From an uncultured Planctomycetales bacterium (GTDB taxonomy: Bacteria; Omnitrophota; Gorgyraeia; Zapsychrales; JAHFFX01), in the NCBI GenBank assembly GCA_964612665.1, contig CAZTCI010000002.1, positions 432,334 to 496,333 on the forward strand: a stretch of 64,000 bases of DNA, given 5' to 3'. This document shows positions 41,991-51,749 of this stretch, piece after piece. Both the position numbers and the translations under genes were made by a program. The notes beneath the pieces were generated by a model that saw nothing but the letters and a program-made list of their open reading frames with translations, did not search any database and was not told the origin of the DNA. Numbering within the stretch: position 1 is the first letter of the stretch; each line of letters opens with the position of its first letter.

Positions 41991-42740
41991 TCAGTGGTGC
42001 TCTTCGTCCTCATGATGCAAAGCTAACGCAAAATAAACGGTTGATAGCAAGAAAAAAACCAACGCCTGAACTACAGCGGCGATCAAGGCCAGAATAGATA
42101 TAAAAAATAAAACTGGTAATAACGGAACACCAAATCCAGCGACGATCGCCAGGATTAAATCTTCGCCCCAAATATTCCCCCGCAAACGCAAAGATAATGT
42201 CAGCGGTCTTAAAAAAATTGAAATCGTTTCCATAATAAAAAGAAAAATCGGCAGAATTAAAGTCCAAAGCAAAACACCGCGTGGTTTGCCGGCCAAATGA
42301 TCAATGAAACCGACGACTCCCATTTCTTTAAAATAGGTGAAGAAAAAGTAAAGAAAGACACAGATGGCCATTGAAGCAGTTGTGGCCAGGTTAGATGTTG
42401 GCGATTTGAAGAATGGAATTAAACCAATGAGGTTCATTAGAAATATATAGATGAAGATAGTTCCTAAAAACGGCAGAAGAATTTTGGCGTGCTTGCCTAG
42501 AATGCCGTTTAAAAAGTCAAGCATGTTTTCAACCAGGAATTCAAAGGCGTTTTGTAATTTTCCCGGAATCAAAGTCATTTTACGGGAAGCGATAATACTC
42601 ATTGTCACCAAGAAAACAATAACCATTGAAGAAAAAATCACATCTTCCCAAAAATGTAAAAAATGGCCGACCTGTTCGTTCGGCGCATGCTCGGCGGCTA
42701 AAGAAATAATATTGGGTAGTTCTAGGCTATTTTGGGACAT
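41991..42740 (-). CDS. atpB: Fo ATP synthase a subunit
   Basis: Conserved Arg in LSLRLRGNIWGEDL, 249 aa. Confidence 0.9.
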   Translation of the reverse strand: MSQNSLELPNIISLAAEHAPNEQVGHFLHFWEDVIFSSMVIVFLVTMSIIASRKMTLIPGKLQNAFEFLVENMLDFLNGILGKHAKILLPFLGTIFIYIFLMNLIGLIPFFKSPTSNLATTASMAICVFLYFFFTYFKEMGVVGFIDHLAGKPRGVLLWTLILPIFLFIMETISIFLRPLTLSLRLRGNIWGEDLILAIVAGFGVPLLPVLFFISILALIAAVVQALVFFLLSTVYFALALHHEDEEHH

Positions 42741-43051
42741 GCGACCAGGATACCTCCGACGATAAAAGCGGACACCGCACCCATGATTAAACCCAATTTA
42801 GGCAAACCGCTTTTAAGGACAATAAAAAATCCGGCCAGATAAAGGACCGGATATTTTAAAAAAATCATCCACTTTAATTTTTGTATCGCTACTTTATTAC
42901 TGACGGCCAATACAATGGCGAGCATTGCCCAAACATTCGCAATAGACCATGCCCCGCCGACCATAACGCCGATACCCCACGCCACATTTTTCTTCACACA
43001 CAAAAAGCCCGCCATCAGTATTACACTGACCACTGTGACCGGGATAATCAA
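42722..43051 (-). CDS. atpI: ATP synthase-associated small membrane protein (AtpI-like)
   Basis: 109-aa hydrophobic protein immediately upstream of atpB. Confidence 0.55.
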   Translation of the reverse strand: MIIPVTVVSVILMAGFLCVKKNVAWGIGVMVGGAWSIANVWAMLAIVLAVSNKVAIQKLKWMIFLKYPVLYLAGFFIVLKSGLPKLGLIMGAVSAFIVGGILVACPKIA

Positions 43052-43092
43052 ACCGCTATTTCTGATAGGTAATTGAGTAATTTTTCCCTCTC

Positions 43093-43356
43093 TTATGACT
43101 TATCATTACTCTTTTTTATAACGATTTGCAGAAGCCGCCAGGTTTCTTTAATACTAAAAAATGTACCCAGCAAGATTAGGACAATCAGAACAATGGCTGA
43201 GAAATGCCAGCGTTGAACTAAATAATTTCCGATGAAGTAACCGAGTAAAGGCCCTCCCGCTAAGACAAAAGGGATAAATGAAAGTATGCTGCCGATACGG
43301 ATCCATTTATAGGTTTCATTCGTTGGCATGACAACTTTCAGTCGAAAAAGCGGCAC
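43093..43356 (-). CDS. atpZ: ATP synthase-associated small membrane protein (AtpZ-like)
   Basis: 87 aa, 2 TM, first gene of the atp operon. Confidence 0.5.
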   Translation of the reverse strand: MPLFRLKVVMPTNETYKWIRIGSILSFIPFVLAGGPLLGYFIGNYLVQRWHFSAIVLIVLILLGTFFSIKETWRLLQIVIKKSNDKS

Positions 43357-43393
43357 TATAATATCATACTTATTTATAAGTAAAAGAATATTT

Positions 43394-44167
43394 TCAGAAA
43401 ATGTTTTTGATTGTGTAGGCGGCGCTCAAAACGACACGATAAATACCAAATGCAATGAAAGTGTGGTTCTTGATAAAGTGAAGTAAAAACTTAATGCTTA
43501 AAATAGCGACTGCAAAAGAGACTAAAAAACCGACGCCAAGTACTTCGATTTGACCACCGCCGAAATGATGGGCGCTTTTTAATAAATCTAAGGCGGTCGC
43601 GGCCATCATCGTTGGGACAGCTAATAAAAAAGAAAATTCTACAATCGTTTGCCGCTTTATGCCTAAAAGAAGTCCACCAATAATCGTCGCCGCCGAACGT
43701 GAAACGCCTGGGATAATCGCTAGAGATTGAAAAATGCCAATAATGACGGCCTGTTGGTAGGAAATCGCAGCCAAATCATTGATTGCACCTGGCTTTTCTT
43801 TATGCAAACATTCAAAAGCAATAAGAATAACGCCGCCGACAAAAAGCGACAAGATAACTACTGTCACATTCCCCAATAAAAAATGCTTGATGAATTTATA
43901 AAGAATAAGCCCTAAAACCGCTGTTGGCAGGAATGCGGCGACAATTCTTTTCATAACTTCAATGTCAACCAATAATTTACGCCAATATAAAACCACAACC
44001 GCCAGAATCGCGCCGAGTTGGATCGCAATTTCAAAACTTTTTACGAATTCATTTTGCGTTAGTTTAAGAAAATCACTGACTAAAATTAAATGGCCTGTTG
44101 AAGAGATCGGTAAGAATTCGGTAATGCCTTCGACAATACCTAAAATAACTGAATAAAGAAAATCCAT
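43394..44167 (-). CDS. uppP: Undecaprenyl-diphosphate phosphatase UppP/BacA
   Basis: GITEFLPISSTGHL and PGVSRSAATI motifs. Confidence 0.9.
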   Translation of the reverse strand: MDFLYSVILGIVEGITEFLPISSTGHLILVSDFLKLTQNEFVKSFEIAIQLGAILAVVVLYWRKLLVDIEVMKRIVAAFLPTAVLGLILYKFIKHFLLGNVTVVILSLFVGGVILIAFECLHKEKPGAINDLAAISYQQAVIIGIFQSLAIIPGVSRSAATIIGGLLLGIKRQTIVEFSFLLAVPTMMAATALDLLKSAHHFGGGQIEVLGVGFLVSFAVAILSIKFLLHFIKNHTFIAFGIYRVVLSAAYTIKNIF

Positions 44168-44200
44168 GAGTTCCCTCTCTTTTTTAATTTAAGTTGCTAA

Positions 44201-44245
44201 AATAATGCGGTGCGATGGGCGGCCCTGGATTGACGCAGCGCCGCA
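44201..44245 (-). terminator. GC-rich hairpin downstream of the tauE-like gene (possible terminator)
   Basis: GGGCGGCCCTG ... CAGGGCCGCCC 11-bp stem with 16-nt loop; moderate U-tract on the minus strand. Confidence 0.4.
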
Positions 44246-44269
44246 GGGCCGCCCACGTCGGATATTTTC

Positions 44270-45046
44270 TCAAATAATTCCAACCCCCAACAACCCCGCA
44301 ATCACAAACAACATGACCGCGACAGCAAGCTGAACAAAATGAATTGTAGTTTTCTTCGCCAACTGATTACCTAAAAAACTTCCCATAAATGCACTTACTG
44401 TGGTAACAACTAACGTCAATCCCCCTCCTCGCCAATTTAAAACCTGCCAATGCTGTCCATACACAACCAACCGACTTATATCAACCAAACACGCAATCAC
44501 AATGCCTGTTCCTAAAAAAGCTTCCTTATTTAACCCTGCATTAATTAAAAAAGCGCTGCGCAGCGCCCCTTGATTTCCTGACAATCCTCCCAAAAAACCG
44601 CTTAAAATACCGCCGAGGCTTAAATATTTCCGCTCAAAATTTAATTTTTTAAACCGCGGTAGAAGTTCGAGCAAGGCAAAGGCAACCATTATTAAAGCTA
44701 CAAGCACTTTAAGAAACGTTATTGAAAAATGCTTTTCTCCGATTTGATAAGTCACGAAAGGCGCAATCGTACCCAACTTTACTAATATCCACGCACCGAA
44801 CCAAGCTGCAACCATAGCAGGAAAACCAAAACGAAAAACAACCGCCCAATCAGAGAATTTTCCCAGCAAAAAAAATTTAAAAATATTATTAAGCAAATGG
44901 ACAACAGCGGTTAAAGCAATAGCAACAGACACCGGAAAGAAAACCGCCAAAACCGGCATCAAGATTGTCCCCAGACCAAATCCTGAAAAAAGTGTTAGCC
45001 AAGCAATGAAGAAAGCCGCCGCACCGACGATTAATAACTCCATCAC
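44270..45046 (-). CDS. TauE/SafE-family sulfite/anion exporter
   Basis: 258 aa, 7-8 TM, duplicated 4-TM halves typical of TauE/SafE. Confidence 0.7.
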   Translation of the reverse strand: MMELLIVGAAAFFIAWLTLFSGFGLGTILMPVLAVFFPVSVAIALTAVVHLLNNIFKFFLLGKFSDWAVVFRFGFPAMVAAWFGAWILVKLGTIAPFVTYQIGEKHFSITFLKVLVALIMVAFALLELLPRFKKLNFERKYLSLGGILSGFLGGLSGNQGALRSAFLINAGLNKEAFLGTGIVIACLVDISRLVVYGQHWQVLNWRGGGLTLVVTTVSAFMGSFLGNQLAKKTTIHFVQLAVAVMLFVIAGLLGVGII

Positions 45047-45050
45047 TCAC

Positions 45051-45290
45051 CTACTCACCTTTTCTCTTCCCAACAAATTTAAACCGTGGACTGCGCTTTC
45101 CTTCAATCAAAATTTTTTCCAAAAACATTTTTTTAGGCCGAATCCATAATGAATTCTTGCCAAACCGGGTTCGATACAAAGCTTTGTAAACAACCATAAG
45201 TTCCAAGGTTTCGCTATGACGCGCCTCACCCAAAACTTCATAAAGCTTGCCCTTATAATGAGCGTATAATCCTTTTTTTAATTTTTTCAT
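45051..45290 (-). CDS. DUF1653-like small protein
   Basis: YAHYKGKLYEVLGEARHSETLELMVVYKALY matches the DUF1653 signature. Confidence 0.6.
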   Translation of the reverse strand: MKKLKKGLYAHYKGKLYEVLGEARHSETLELMVVYKALYRTRFGKNSLWIRPKKMFLEKILIEGKRSPRFKFVGKRKGE

Positions 45291-45308
45291 GGAAAATAAT
45301 TTGTGGAT

Positions 45309-45794
45309 TCAACTGCGGACTTTCAATTTCTGTTTACGGCTCATCAAAATAAAAAATGTTAAAAAATAAACGGCAACTCCAATGACCAAACTCACCACAA
45401 AATAACCAAAAAAAACAGAGCCCACCAATTTAAGCATTGAGCCCTGTTTTAACTTTAACCAAACATTATTCAAATGTAAGTCATGAATAAATTCATTCCA
45501 GTCTGCTTTCAATTTTTGTTCATCGCTTCCCGGAAGAAGCGCCGCGACCCGGATTGAAAATCCCAACGTAATTAAACTTAACCAAGTATTGGTAAGCACA
45601 CTGCCCAGCAAGGCGGTGGCGCGGTTGGCGCGAAAAATAAAGGCGGCAATGAGTGCCGTCACCGGCCCCATACTAGGGAAGTTACCCAGAAAAACACCTA
45701 AGCCTAAACCAAGCGCTTTACGATGCGGCGTGTCATTAATTCCTAATATATGGTGGTACTGCTTTTTAGCCCAAACTTTAGCGTTATCAAACAT
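45309..45794 (-). CDS. Small integral membrane protein (DUF2062-like)
   Basis: 161 aa, 3-4 TM. Confidence 0.4.
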   Translation of the reverse strand: MFDNAKVWAKKQYHHILGINDTPHRKALGLGLGVFLGNFPSMGPVTALIAAFIFRANRATALLGSVLTNTWLSLITLGFSIRVAALLPGSDEQKLKADWNEFIHDLHLNNVWLKLKQGSMLKLVGSVFFGYFVVSLVIGVAVYFLTFFILMSRKQKLKVRS

Positions 45795-45807
45795 GCTTAA
45801 CCGTCTT

Positions 45808-46422
45808 TTATTTTAAAAGCGCCTCAACTTCATATCCGATGACACCGTGCGCATCAATGACTACTTTTTTAAAACGATAGATTTTTTGTAGCATAGTTAA
45901 ATAAGGACTTTCATTCTCAATAACAACCCAAAGCAAATCTTCGTTATAACGAATTTTGTCTTCAACAGTGCTGCGGTCAATAATCCAGCCGTTGCCTTCT
46001 TTATAAAGGAAAATTGGCGCTAAATGATTATCTTGCGGAAAATAAATAACGGCATACTTACCGTCTTCACTGACTTTAAATGGTTTGTTAAAGGCCTTAG
46101 CGGATTCTTGAAAATCCGGAGAACTGAGAATATGGTGTCCTTTTTTGCGCCACTGCGGATCAAAAAGCGGCAAGTCGTAACAGTAAATGCCTTGGGCAAC
46201 TAACTGCAGCTCGAGTTGATAAGATTCTTTAGGAGTTTTTTGGGGAACATATTGCTGTACTAACTCATCGTAATAAGCTTTCTCGGCTTCTTTGGAATTA
46301 GTGGCAGAATCCGTGGGAGACGGTTGAGCCGGCAAAGCACCAGTGGAATAACACGCCAAAAGAAGGAATAATATAAAAAAAAGGCGGCAATTTTTATTTA
46401 ATGATTTATGATTTATAAACAT
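45808..46422 (-). CDS. Lipoprotein of unknown function
   Basis: Start taken at the internal ATG at 46422; lipobox LLLAC; about 204 aa. Confidence 0.5.
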   Translation of the reverse strand: MFINHKSLNKNCRLFFILFLLLACYSTGALPAQPSPTDSATNSKEAEKAYYDELVQQYVPQKTPKESYQLELQLVAQGIYCYDLPLFDPQWRKKGHHILSSPDFQESAKAFNKPFKVSEDGKYAVIYFPQDNHLAPIFLYKEGNGWIIDRSTVEDKIRYNEDLLWVVIENESPYLTMLQKIYRFKKVVIDAHGVIGYEVEALLK

Positions 46423-46664
46423 ATACTTATTTAGGATAGCAACATCCATCATACTGTCAAGCGGGAAAATCCCGAAAAAATAAACGAATACTGTTTCTAC
46501 AAATTTGTGTGCTATAATACCGCCACTTTTTCGGTCAACCAAATTAGACATCGGAAAAAACTTAATTACTGGCCTTTTCTTTCCCAAATATTTTTCTATC
46601 ATTCTCAGGGAGAAAAGGCGTAGTACTAGACTTTTGCAATGCAAAAGTCAGTAAGGAGAGTGGG

Positions 46665-47054
46665 ATGTTCTCTAAAGAATGGATGAATACGCTAAAAAAA
46701 TATTGTTTGGTAGGAACGTTCACCCTGTTAGCTGGCTGCGCGACTATGAGCCCGGTGGTTACCGAAACCGAATCAGGCAATAAAAATTTATCTGTTGAAA
46801 ATATTTTGAAAATTGAAAAAGGCAAGACAACCAGCGAAGAAATCAAAAAGTTATTTGGAGAGCCAGATTTAAAGTACGAAAATGCTTCCGATAAATCGAC
46901 ATCTTGGGTCTATGATTATTCAAAAACTCGTAAACGCAGTATGGAGCGCGCGCCCTTCGCCATTGATCAAACCCAACTAGAAATCACCTTTAACAACGAC
47001 GGCATTGTTAAAGAATATACTCACACGGTTTCCAATAAGACAAAAAAAGATTAA
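46665..47054 (+). CDS. bamE: BamE/SmpA/OmlA-like outer-membrane lipoprotein
   Basis: Lipobox LLAGC; GKTTSEEIKKLFGEPD resembles the BamE G-T-x-x-V-x-x-L-G-P motif. Confidence 0.55.
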   Translation: MFSKEWMNTLKKYCLVGTFTLLAGCATMSPVVTETESGNKNLSVENILKIEKGKTTSEEIKKLFGEPDLKYENASDKSTSWVYDYSKTRKRSMERAPFAIDQTQLEITFNNDGIVKEYTHTVSNKTKKD

Positions 47055-47071
47055 ACTCGAATTAAGTACAA

Positions 47072-47106
47072 TAAAAAAGCCAAGCAATTTGCTTGGCTTT
47101 TTTATT
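47072..47106. terminator. Bidirectional Rho-independent terminator
   Basis: AAAAAAGCCAAGCAATTTGCTTGGCTTTTTT: perfect 9-bp stem flanked by A- and T-tracts. Confidence 0.85.
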
Positions 47107-47131
47107 GTGTAATCCTTTAAAAACTTTATCT

Positions 47132-47509
47132 TTAATCGCGAGCGGCAAAGCGCTTGAACTTCAACAGCACTTCAAGAACTTGAACATTTATCAACACAAA
47201 AAATAAAGTCAAAAGTGAAATTTCCAGAGGATGCATTTGCAGAATGTTATGTATAGCTAAATGAGATCCTTTAAGTTTTGGCTGCAACGAAATGGCCAAT
47301 TGATTAATAAAAATACCCAAAATAAGACCCGTTGCCCAAAACCCTCCCACAATTCCGAGTCCTAGTCCTACTTGAGAACGGACAAAACGCCAGCGCTTTC
47401 GGCTGCTTTTACCGGATATCGTCTTAATCAATTCATTAACTGGCATAACAAAAACACTTAAAAGGTAAAAAATCCCTCCAATACCTGTTCCGGGAATTCC
47501 TGCGACCAT
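47132..47509 (-). CDS. Small membrane protein (GtrA/DUF2062-like) downstream of the GT2 gene
   Basis: 125 aa, 4 TM, 2-nt gap to the GT2 gene. Confidence 0.4.
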   Translation of the reverse strand: MVAGIPGTGIGGIFYLLSVFVMPVNELIKTISGKSSRKRWRFVRSQVGLGLGIVGGFWATGLILGIFINQLAISLQPKLKGSHLAIHNILQMHPLEISLLTLFFVLINVQVLEVLLKFKRFAARD

Positions 47510-47511
47510 TT

Positions 47512-48624
47512 TTAGTGCCCTTTCTCGTAAACCGAAAAGCGTTTACGTATAATCCACTCACTCCAAATTGCTTCTAACATGAAGACTGCATTTACTGTCC
47601 GCAATATGAAAAAAGCTGGAATGCTGGTTAAAACAAGTTTAACTTCTTTTCTAGGAATGGCCTTATATAATGTTGGGACTAATACCGCCGGAATGTCAAT
47701 GAAGTAGCCTAACAATAAATAAGGATTTTGTAGCCAAATAACTAAAATTGGCAGCAAGACTAAATACACAAAGGAAGCGACAACCGCATCCCACAATGCG
47801 ACTGCAATAATCGAACGCAAATATTTGATCCCTAAAATATCTTTCCAGTGCAATTGAACGTTTTGAATAAATCCGTGCGACCAGCGTTTTAATTGCTTAT
47901 GCATGAAATTATAATTGTGCGGTTCGATTGGATAACAAAAAGCATCAGCCACAAAACGGACTTTATGGTTCTCTTTATAGAAACTCCAGGTCAAGTCCAT
48001 ATCTTCAGCGAGCGTTCGCGTTGACCATCCTCCATTCTGTTTTAGAATGTCTGTCCGATAAACGGAAAAACAGCCCGATGAGATCAAAGGCTTTTCATAA
48101 TAGTCCTGAATTGGTTTAAAAAAGGTAAATGCGAACAAATATTCAATGTAACGCCCGCGTTCCCATAACGTTTTCACGTGACGAGGAATTACAAAACCGC
48201 ACGCCGCTGCTACGTGGAAATCTTCAAAAGCGGATAAAAGTTTTTCAATGGCATCTGGCGCTAGGGTTGTATCAGCGTCGATGGCCATAGTAAATTCGGT
48301 TTTAACATATTGTAGAGCGAAATTCTGGGCACCGGCTTTGGAACCGGTATTTTTAGGCGGGCGGATAACGGTGACACCTAGGGCACGGGCGACATCACCT
48401 GTGCCGTCGCTGGAAAAATCATCAATAACAATGATTTCTTCGGCGGGGATGGTTTGATTCTGCAGGCTAATAATCGTATCAGATATGCTTTGGGCCTCAT
48501 TGTACGCGGGGACCAAAACGGTAAGACGGCTTGATCTTTTTATTAAATTGAAAATAGACAATCGTTTAATACGGCTTCCAGTGGCTGCCATATTAAACCC
48601 TTTTTTATCCAATAAACTATACAT
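47512..48624 (-). CDS. Family-2 processive glycosyltransferase with C-terminal TM segments (NodC/PgaC/cellulose-synthase-like catalytic core)
   Basis: LTVLVPAYNE, DDFSSDGT, DAD, QxxRW (KQLKRW) motifs. Confidence 0.8.
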   Translation of the reverse strand: MYSLLDKKGFNMAATGSRIKRLSIFNLIKRSSRLTVLVPAYNEAQSISDTIISLQNQTIPAEEIIVIDDFSSDGTGDVARALGVTVIRPPKNTGSKAGAQNFALQYVKTEFTMAIDADTTLAPDAIEKLLSAFEDFHVAAACGFVIPRHVKTLWERGRYIEYLFAFTFFKPIQDYYEKPLISSGCFSVYRTDILKQNGGWSTRTLAEDMDLTWSFYKENHKVRFVADAFCYPIEPHNYNFMHKQLKRWSHGFIQNVQLHWKDILGIKYLRSIIAVALWDAVVASFVYLVLLPILVIWLQNPYLLLGYFIDIPAVLVPTLYKAIPRKEVKLVLTSIPAFFILRTVNAVFMLEAIWSEWIIRKRFSVYEKGH

Positions 48625-48793
48625 TATCTATCGTTCCTTACAATTTTTCAAAACGTTATAATTTTGAATTTATCGCAGGCAGGAAAATAAAAAACCAATG
48701 TCCAGATGCATCAGAACATTGGCCAGTTGAAATAAGTATAAACGAACCACTAACTGATGTCAAGTTGACTAAAATTTTTTTTAAGTAATGGGA

Positions 48794-49213
48794 TTATCTG
48801 TACAAAGCATCTTCGAGGGCTTGCGGATCGAATCCAGAGACAACGGTGCGCCCAATTTTGGTGAGCGGAACTTCCCCTTTCCCGCCGATATCCGTATAGC
48901 GTTTTAAATTGGCCGGATACCGCTGAATATCATATGTTTTATAGCGGATATTTTTATTTTTTAAATATCTAACCACCTGGTCGCAGTAAGAACATTCGGC
49001 GATCACGAATATTTCGGCGGAATTATATTTGTATTTTTTATGAGCGGAAGTTTCTTTTTGTTTTTGTGAAACTGAATTCTCCACAGCTTGCTTCAATGGC
49101 GCCGCTGGTTTTTCAGTTGTCTGAGAATTGCTCTGGAGTTCAGATAGACAAGTGGTCCAATAGATCATGGCCACTGCCAAAGTTAACAAAAGTCGTTTTA
49201 TAATCGCTTTCAT
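48794..49213 (-). CDS. Secreted glutaredoxin-like thiol-disulfide protein
   Basis: Signal peptide plus CSYC active site in a glutaredoxin fold (FVIAECSYCDQVVRYL...TKIGRTVVSGFD). Confidence 0.6.
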   Translation of the reverse strand: MKAIIKRLLLTLAVAMIYWTTCLSELQSNSQTTEKPAAPLKQAVENSVSQKQKETSAHKKYKYNSAEIFVIAECSYCDQVVRYLKNKNIRYKTYDIQRYPANLKRYTDIGGKGEVPLTKIGRTVVSGFDPQALEDALYR

Positions 49214-49228
49214 TCTATTTTCGCTCCT

Positions 49229-49612
49229 TTAATTAACCGTTGCGACGGCTTCCATTTCAACCAAGACATCCTTTGGCAAGCGGGCGACTTCGATTGTACT
49301 GCGCGCCGGGGCTTGTTCGGGTTTAAAGAATTCACTGTAAACGGCGTTCATCGCTGCGAAATCATTCATATTTTTTAAAAAGACCGTCATCTTGACGACA
49401 TTTTGAAGTGATGAGCCAGCCGCTTCTAAAACATTTTTAAGGTTGGTTAAGACCATGCGAGCTTGTTCGGTGATGCCACCCGAGATCACATTGTTATTTA
49501 CATCCAACGGAATCTGCCCGGATGTATAAACAAAATTTTGGATTTTAACCGCCTGATTATACGGCCCGACGGGCGCAGCGACTTTAGGTGTTCGAATGAT
49601 TTCTTTTGTCAT
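49229..49612 (-). CDS. ridA: RidA/YjgF-family enamine/imine deaminase
   Basis: 127 aa, PARSTIEVARLP C-terminal motif. Confidence 0.85.
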   Translation of the reverse strand: MTKEIIRTPKVAAPVGPYNQAVKIQNFVYTSGQIPLDVNNNVISGGITEQARMVLTNLKNVLEAAGSSLQNVVKMTVFLKNMNDFAAMNAVYSEFFKPEQAPARSTIEVARLPKDVLVEMEAVATVN

Positions 49613-49673
49613 AAAATTCTCCTTGGTTGAAAATAAAACTTAATCTTCCTCGCACAGCTCTTGTTGTGGTTTT

Positions 49674-50510
49674 TCATTTTAGGGAAGAACTTCCGCGTAT
49701 AAAACTGCCGCCGGTGATCACATTAGAATGGGTCGTGCCAGTTGGTATAATTGAAGAGGCAAATTGAACCCAGTAATCGTTAGAGCCACCATTCACTGTC
49801 CAATTCATCGTGACACTCGCCGCCCCGGCCTTAGTGCTACCTCCGATGTTATTACATTCTAGGGCAGTATTTACGTTAAGAATATATTGTTGAGTTTCAC
49901 CGGTCGAATCTGCACTAGTTCCCGCGCAAATAGTATCTAAAACCAGGTCATTAGCAGCACTGCTAACGGTAACACTCGCCACATTCCCATGATTTAATCC
50001 GTCATTAGCATTATGATTCCTAATGGGAGTACCTTGATCCACTCCAGTTAAAGATGTCGCTCCGCTTAAAATAGCGCATTGCGCACTACTTAGCGTGACT
50101 ACGACATTATGAGCTCCAGTTGCCGGAGCAATCAAGTACCAGTGATCCACACGTGCCGCGTTTCCTCCGCTTTGAACCATAACATATGAGCCAATTTGTG
50201 TAAGATTTACTCCGTTGTAAGTAACGGAGGCAACCGATTTTAGATCTTTATTTGTGTTATCGGTGAGAACTACCCCCACGACCAGAAGCCGGTTGGACCC
50301 TCCTGCTCCCACGGTTATAGAATAAGTCAACGAAGAACAAGTCTGTGCACCACCTCCACTATAGCAATTTGAGGAAGCGTTCGTGTCCACAGCAATCGCC
50401 GCCCAGACTTTATTGTTTAATACAAATAAATTCCCGACGAAGAACCAAACCAATAAAAAAATGAGTATAGCTTTTGTTTTCTGTTTTATTCTATTGAAAG
50501 AATTTGGCAT
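49674..50510 (-). CDS. Secreted S/G/T/N/V-rich beta protein of unknown function
   Basis: Signal peptide/TM, 4 Cys, no recognised domain. Confidence 0.4.
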   Translation of the reverse strand: MPNSFNRIKQKTKAILIFLLVWFFVGNLFVLNNKVWAAIAVDTNASSNCYSGGGAQTCSSLTYSITVGAGGSNRLLVVGVVLTDNTNKDLKSVASVTYNGVNLTQIGSYVMVQSGGNAARVDHWYLIAPATGAHNVVVTLSSAQCAILSGATSLTGVDQGTPIRNHNANDGLNHGNVASVTVSSAANDLVLDTICAGTSADSTGETQQYILNVNTALECNNIGGSTKAGAASVTMNWTVNGGSNDYWVQFASSIIPTGTTHSNVITGGSFIRGSSSLK

Positions 50511-50528
50511 ATACGTTTCTTCAGAAAT

Positions 50529-51116
50529 TTAATTCTTAGCCCAAGCCACGATGTCCCAGTCAATCGTAATATGGTTTCCCACAATAAGTCCTCCCTGGTC
50601 TAATATTTTATTCCAGACAACATCAAAGTCCTTGCGGTTAACGACCCACCTTCCGCTCGCTTTAATATAGGAACGCTGATGCACGTCTTTAAATGGACCT
50701 TTAACATCAAAAGGAAACGCCAACGATTTTGAAATCCCATGCAAGTGCGCTGTGCCAATGACCCAATAGCCCGACGGTTTCTTGGTAATCGATTGGCTTT
50801 CGAAAGTCATGGTGGGATACGCTGCGGCATCCAGCAATCTTTTCGATAAAATAATTCGATCCAGCTTTGGGTAACGCGAATGAAGACTTTTGGTTTTAAC
50901 TGTTAAAACAACTGAACTTTGAGCTAGATGATTAGGATCAAAATTAATTTTGCCGCCAATATCATTAAACTGCGCACGGTAACGGCCGATAACTGTATAA
51001 CTAACTGAACCTTTTATATGCGATTGCTTTTTATCGACGATATACAGTGTTTGAGCCAAACAAGGCGAAGTCCATATTAAACTGAGAAATAAAATGATAC
51101 AAAACCTTTTTACCAT
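50529..51116 (-). CDS. YceI-family periplasmic protein
   Basis: Signal peptide plus YceI-like sequence (YIVDKKQSHIKGSVSY...). Confidence 0.7.
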   Translation of the reverse strand: MVKRFCIILFLSLIWTSPCLAQTLYIVDKKQSHIKGSVSYTVIGRYRAQFNDIGGKINFDPNHLAQSSVVLTVKTKSLHSRYPKLDRIILSKRLLDAAAYPTMTFESQSITKKPSGYWVIGTAHLHGISKSLAFPFDVKGPFKDVHQRSYIKASGRWVVNRKDFDVVWNKILDQGGLIVGNHITIDWDIVAWAKN

Positions 51117-51143
51117 TTTTAATTTTCCAAAATCACGTCTGAA

Positions 51144-51749
51144 TTAATTCATTTGTAAACCAATGACACCGACCACATAATTCCCATAATCTCCCAATAA
51201 TTCAACGCTCAGCTGTGAATCCATGGCTAAACTCAAATTATAAATCCGCGGTTTGCTGCGTTCGAAATCGACTTGAAAAAATTTATTGAGCGATTGATCG
51301 GCTTGACGGGATTTGACAGCAATTTTTAGACGGATATCCGAAAGCGTCATCTTCTCGACTTTGATCTCCGGCCAATCGAGTTGGCGATCATTATGAAAGT
51401 TGTGCAGTTTGCCGGCGTACGCATTTGAATTTGATACTAAGAATAATTGGTAGCCCGCCGCAAAACGTTTGGTTAAATCGGCCTCTTGTTGTGAATCAAC
51501 TGAATCTAAAACGTTTTGAAATTCCGTCGGAATTAAGTTAGTTTGAAGTGGATGTTTGGAAAAATAACTAAAAACAAGCAACCCGGCGAGAATAGTAATC
51601 GTGGCGATACCGATTTCGATATCATAACGCTTCCAAAATGGAATCCGCTCAGCGCGTAAACCTGCGCTAGAAAATTTCGCCTGAATCGCCTCTTTCTTTC
51701 GGCGGATCGCTTTAAGCTGCCGGGCCCGTTTGGAACGCTTTTGGCTCAT
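51144..51749 (-). CDS. Hypothetical single-TM protein with basic N-terminus
   Basis: K/R-rich N-terminus, one TM, periplasmic domain; no family recognised. Confidence 0.4.
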   Translation of the reverse strand: MSQKRSKRARQLKAIRRKKEAIQAKFSSAGLRAERIPFWKRYDIEIGIATITILAGLLVFSYFSKHPLQTNLIPTEFQNVLDSVDSQQEADLTKRFAAGYQLFLVSNSNAYAGKLHNFHNDRQLDWPEIKVEKMTLSDIRLKIAVKSRQADQSLNKFFQVDFERSKPRIYNLSLAMDSQLSVELLGDYGNYVVGVIGLQMN

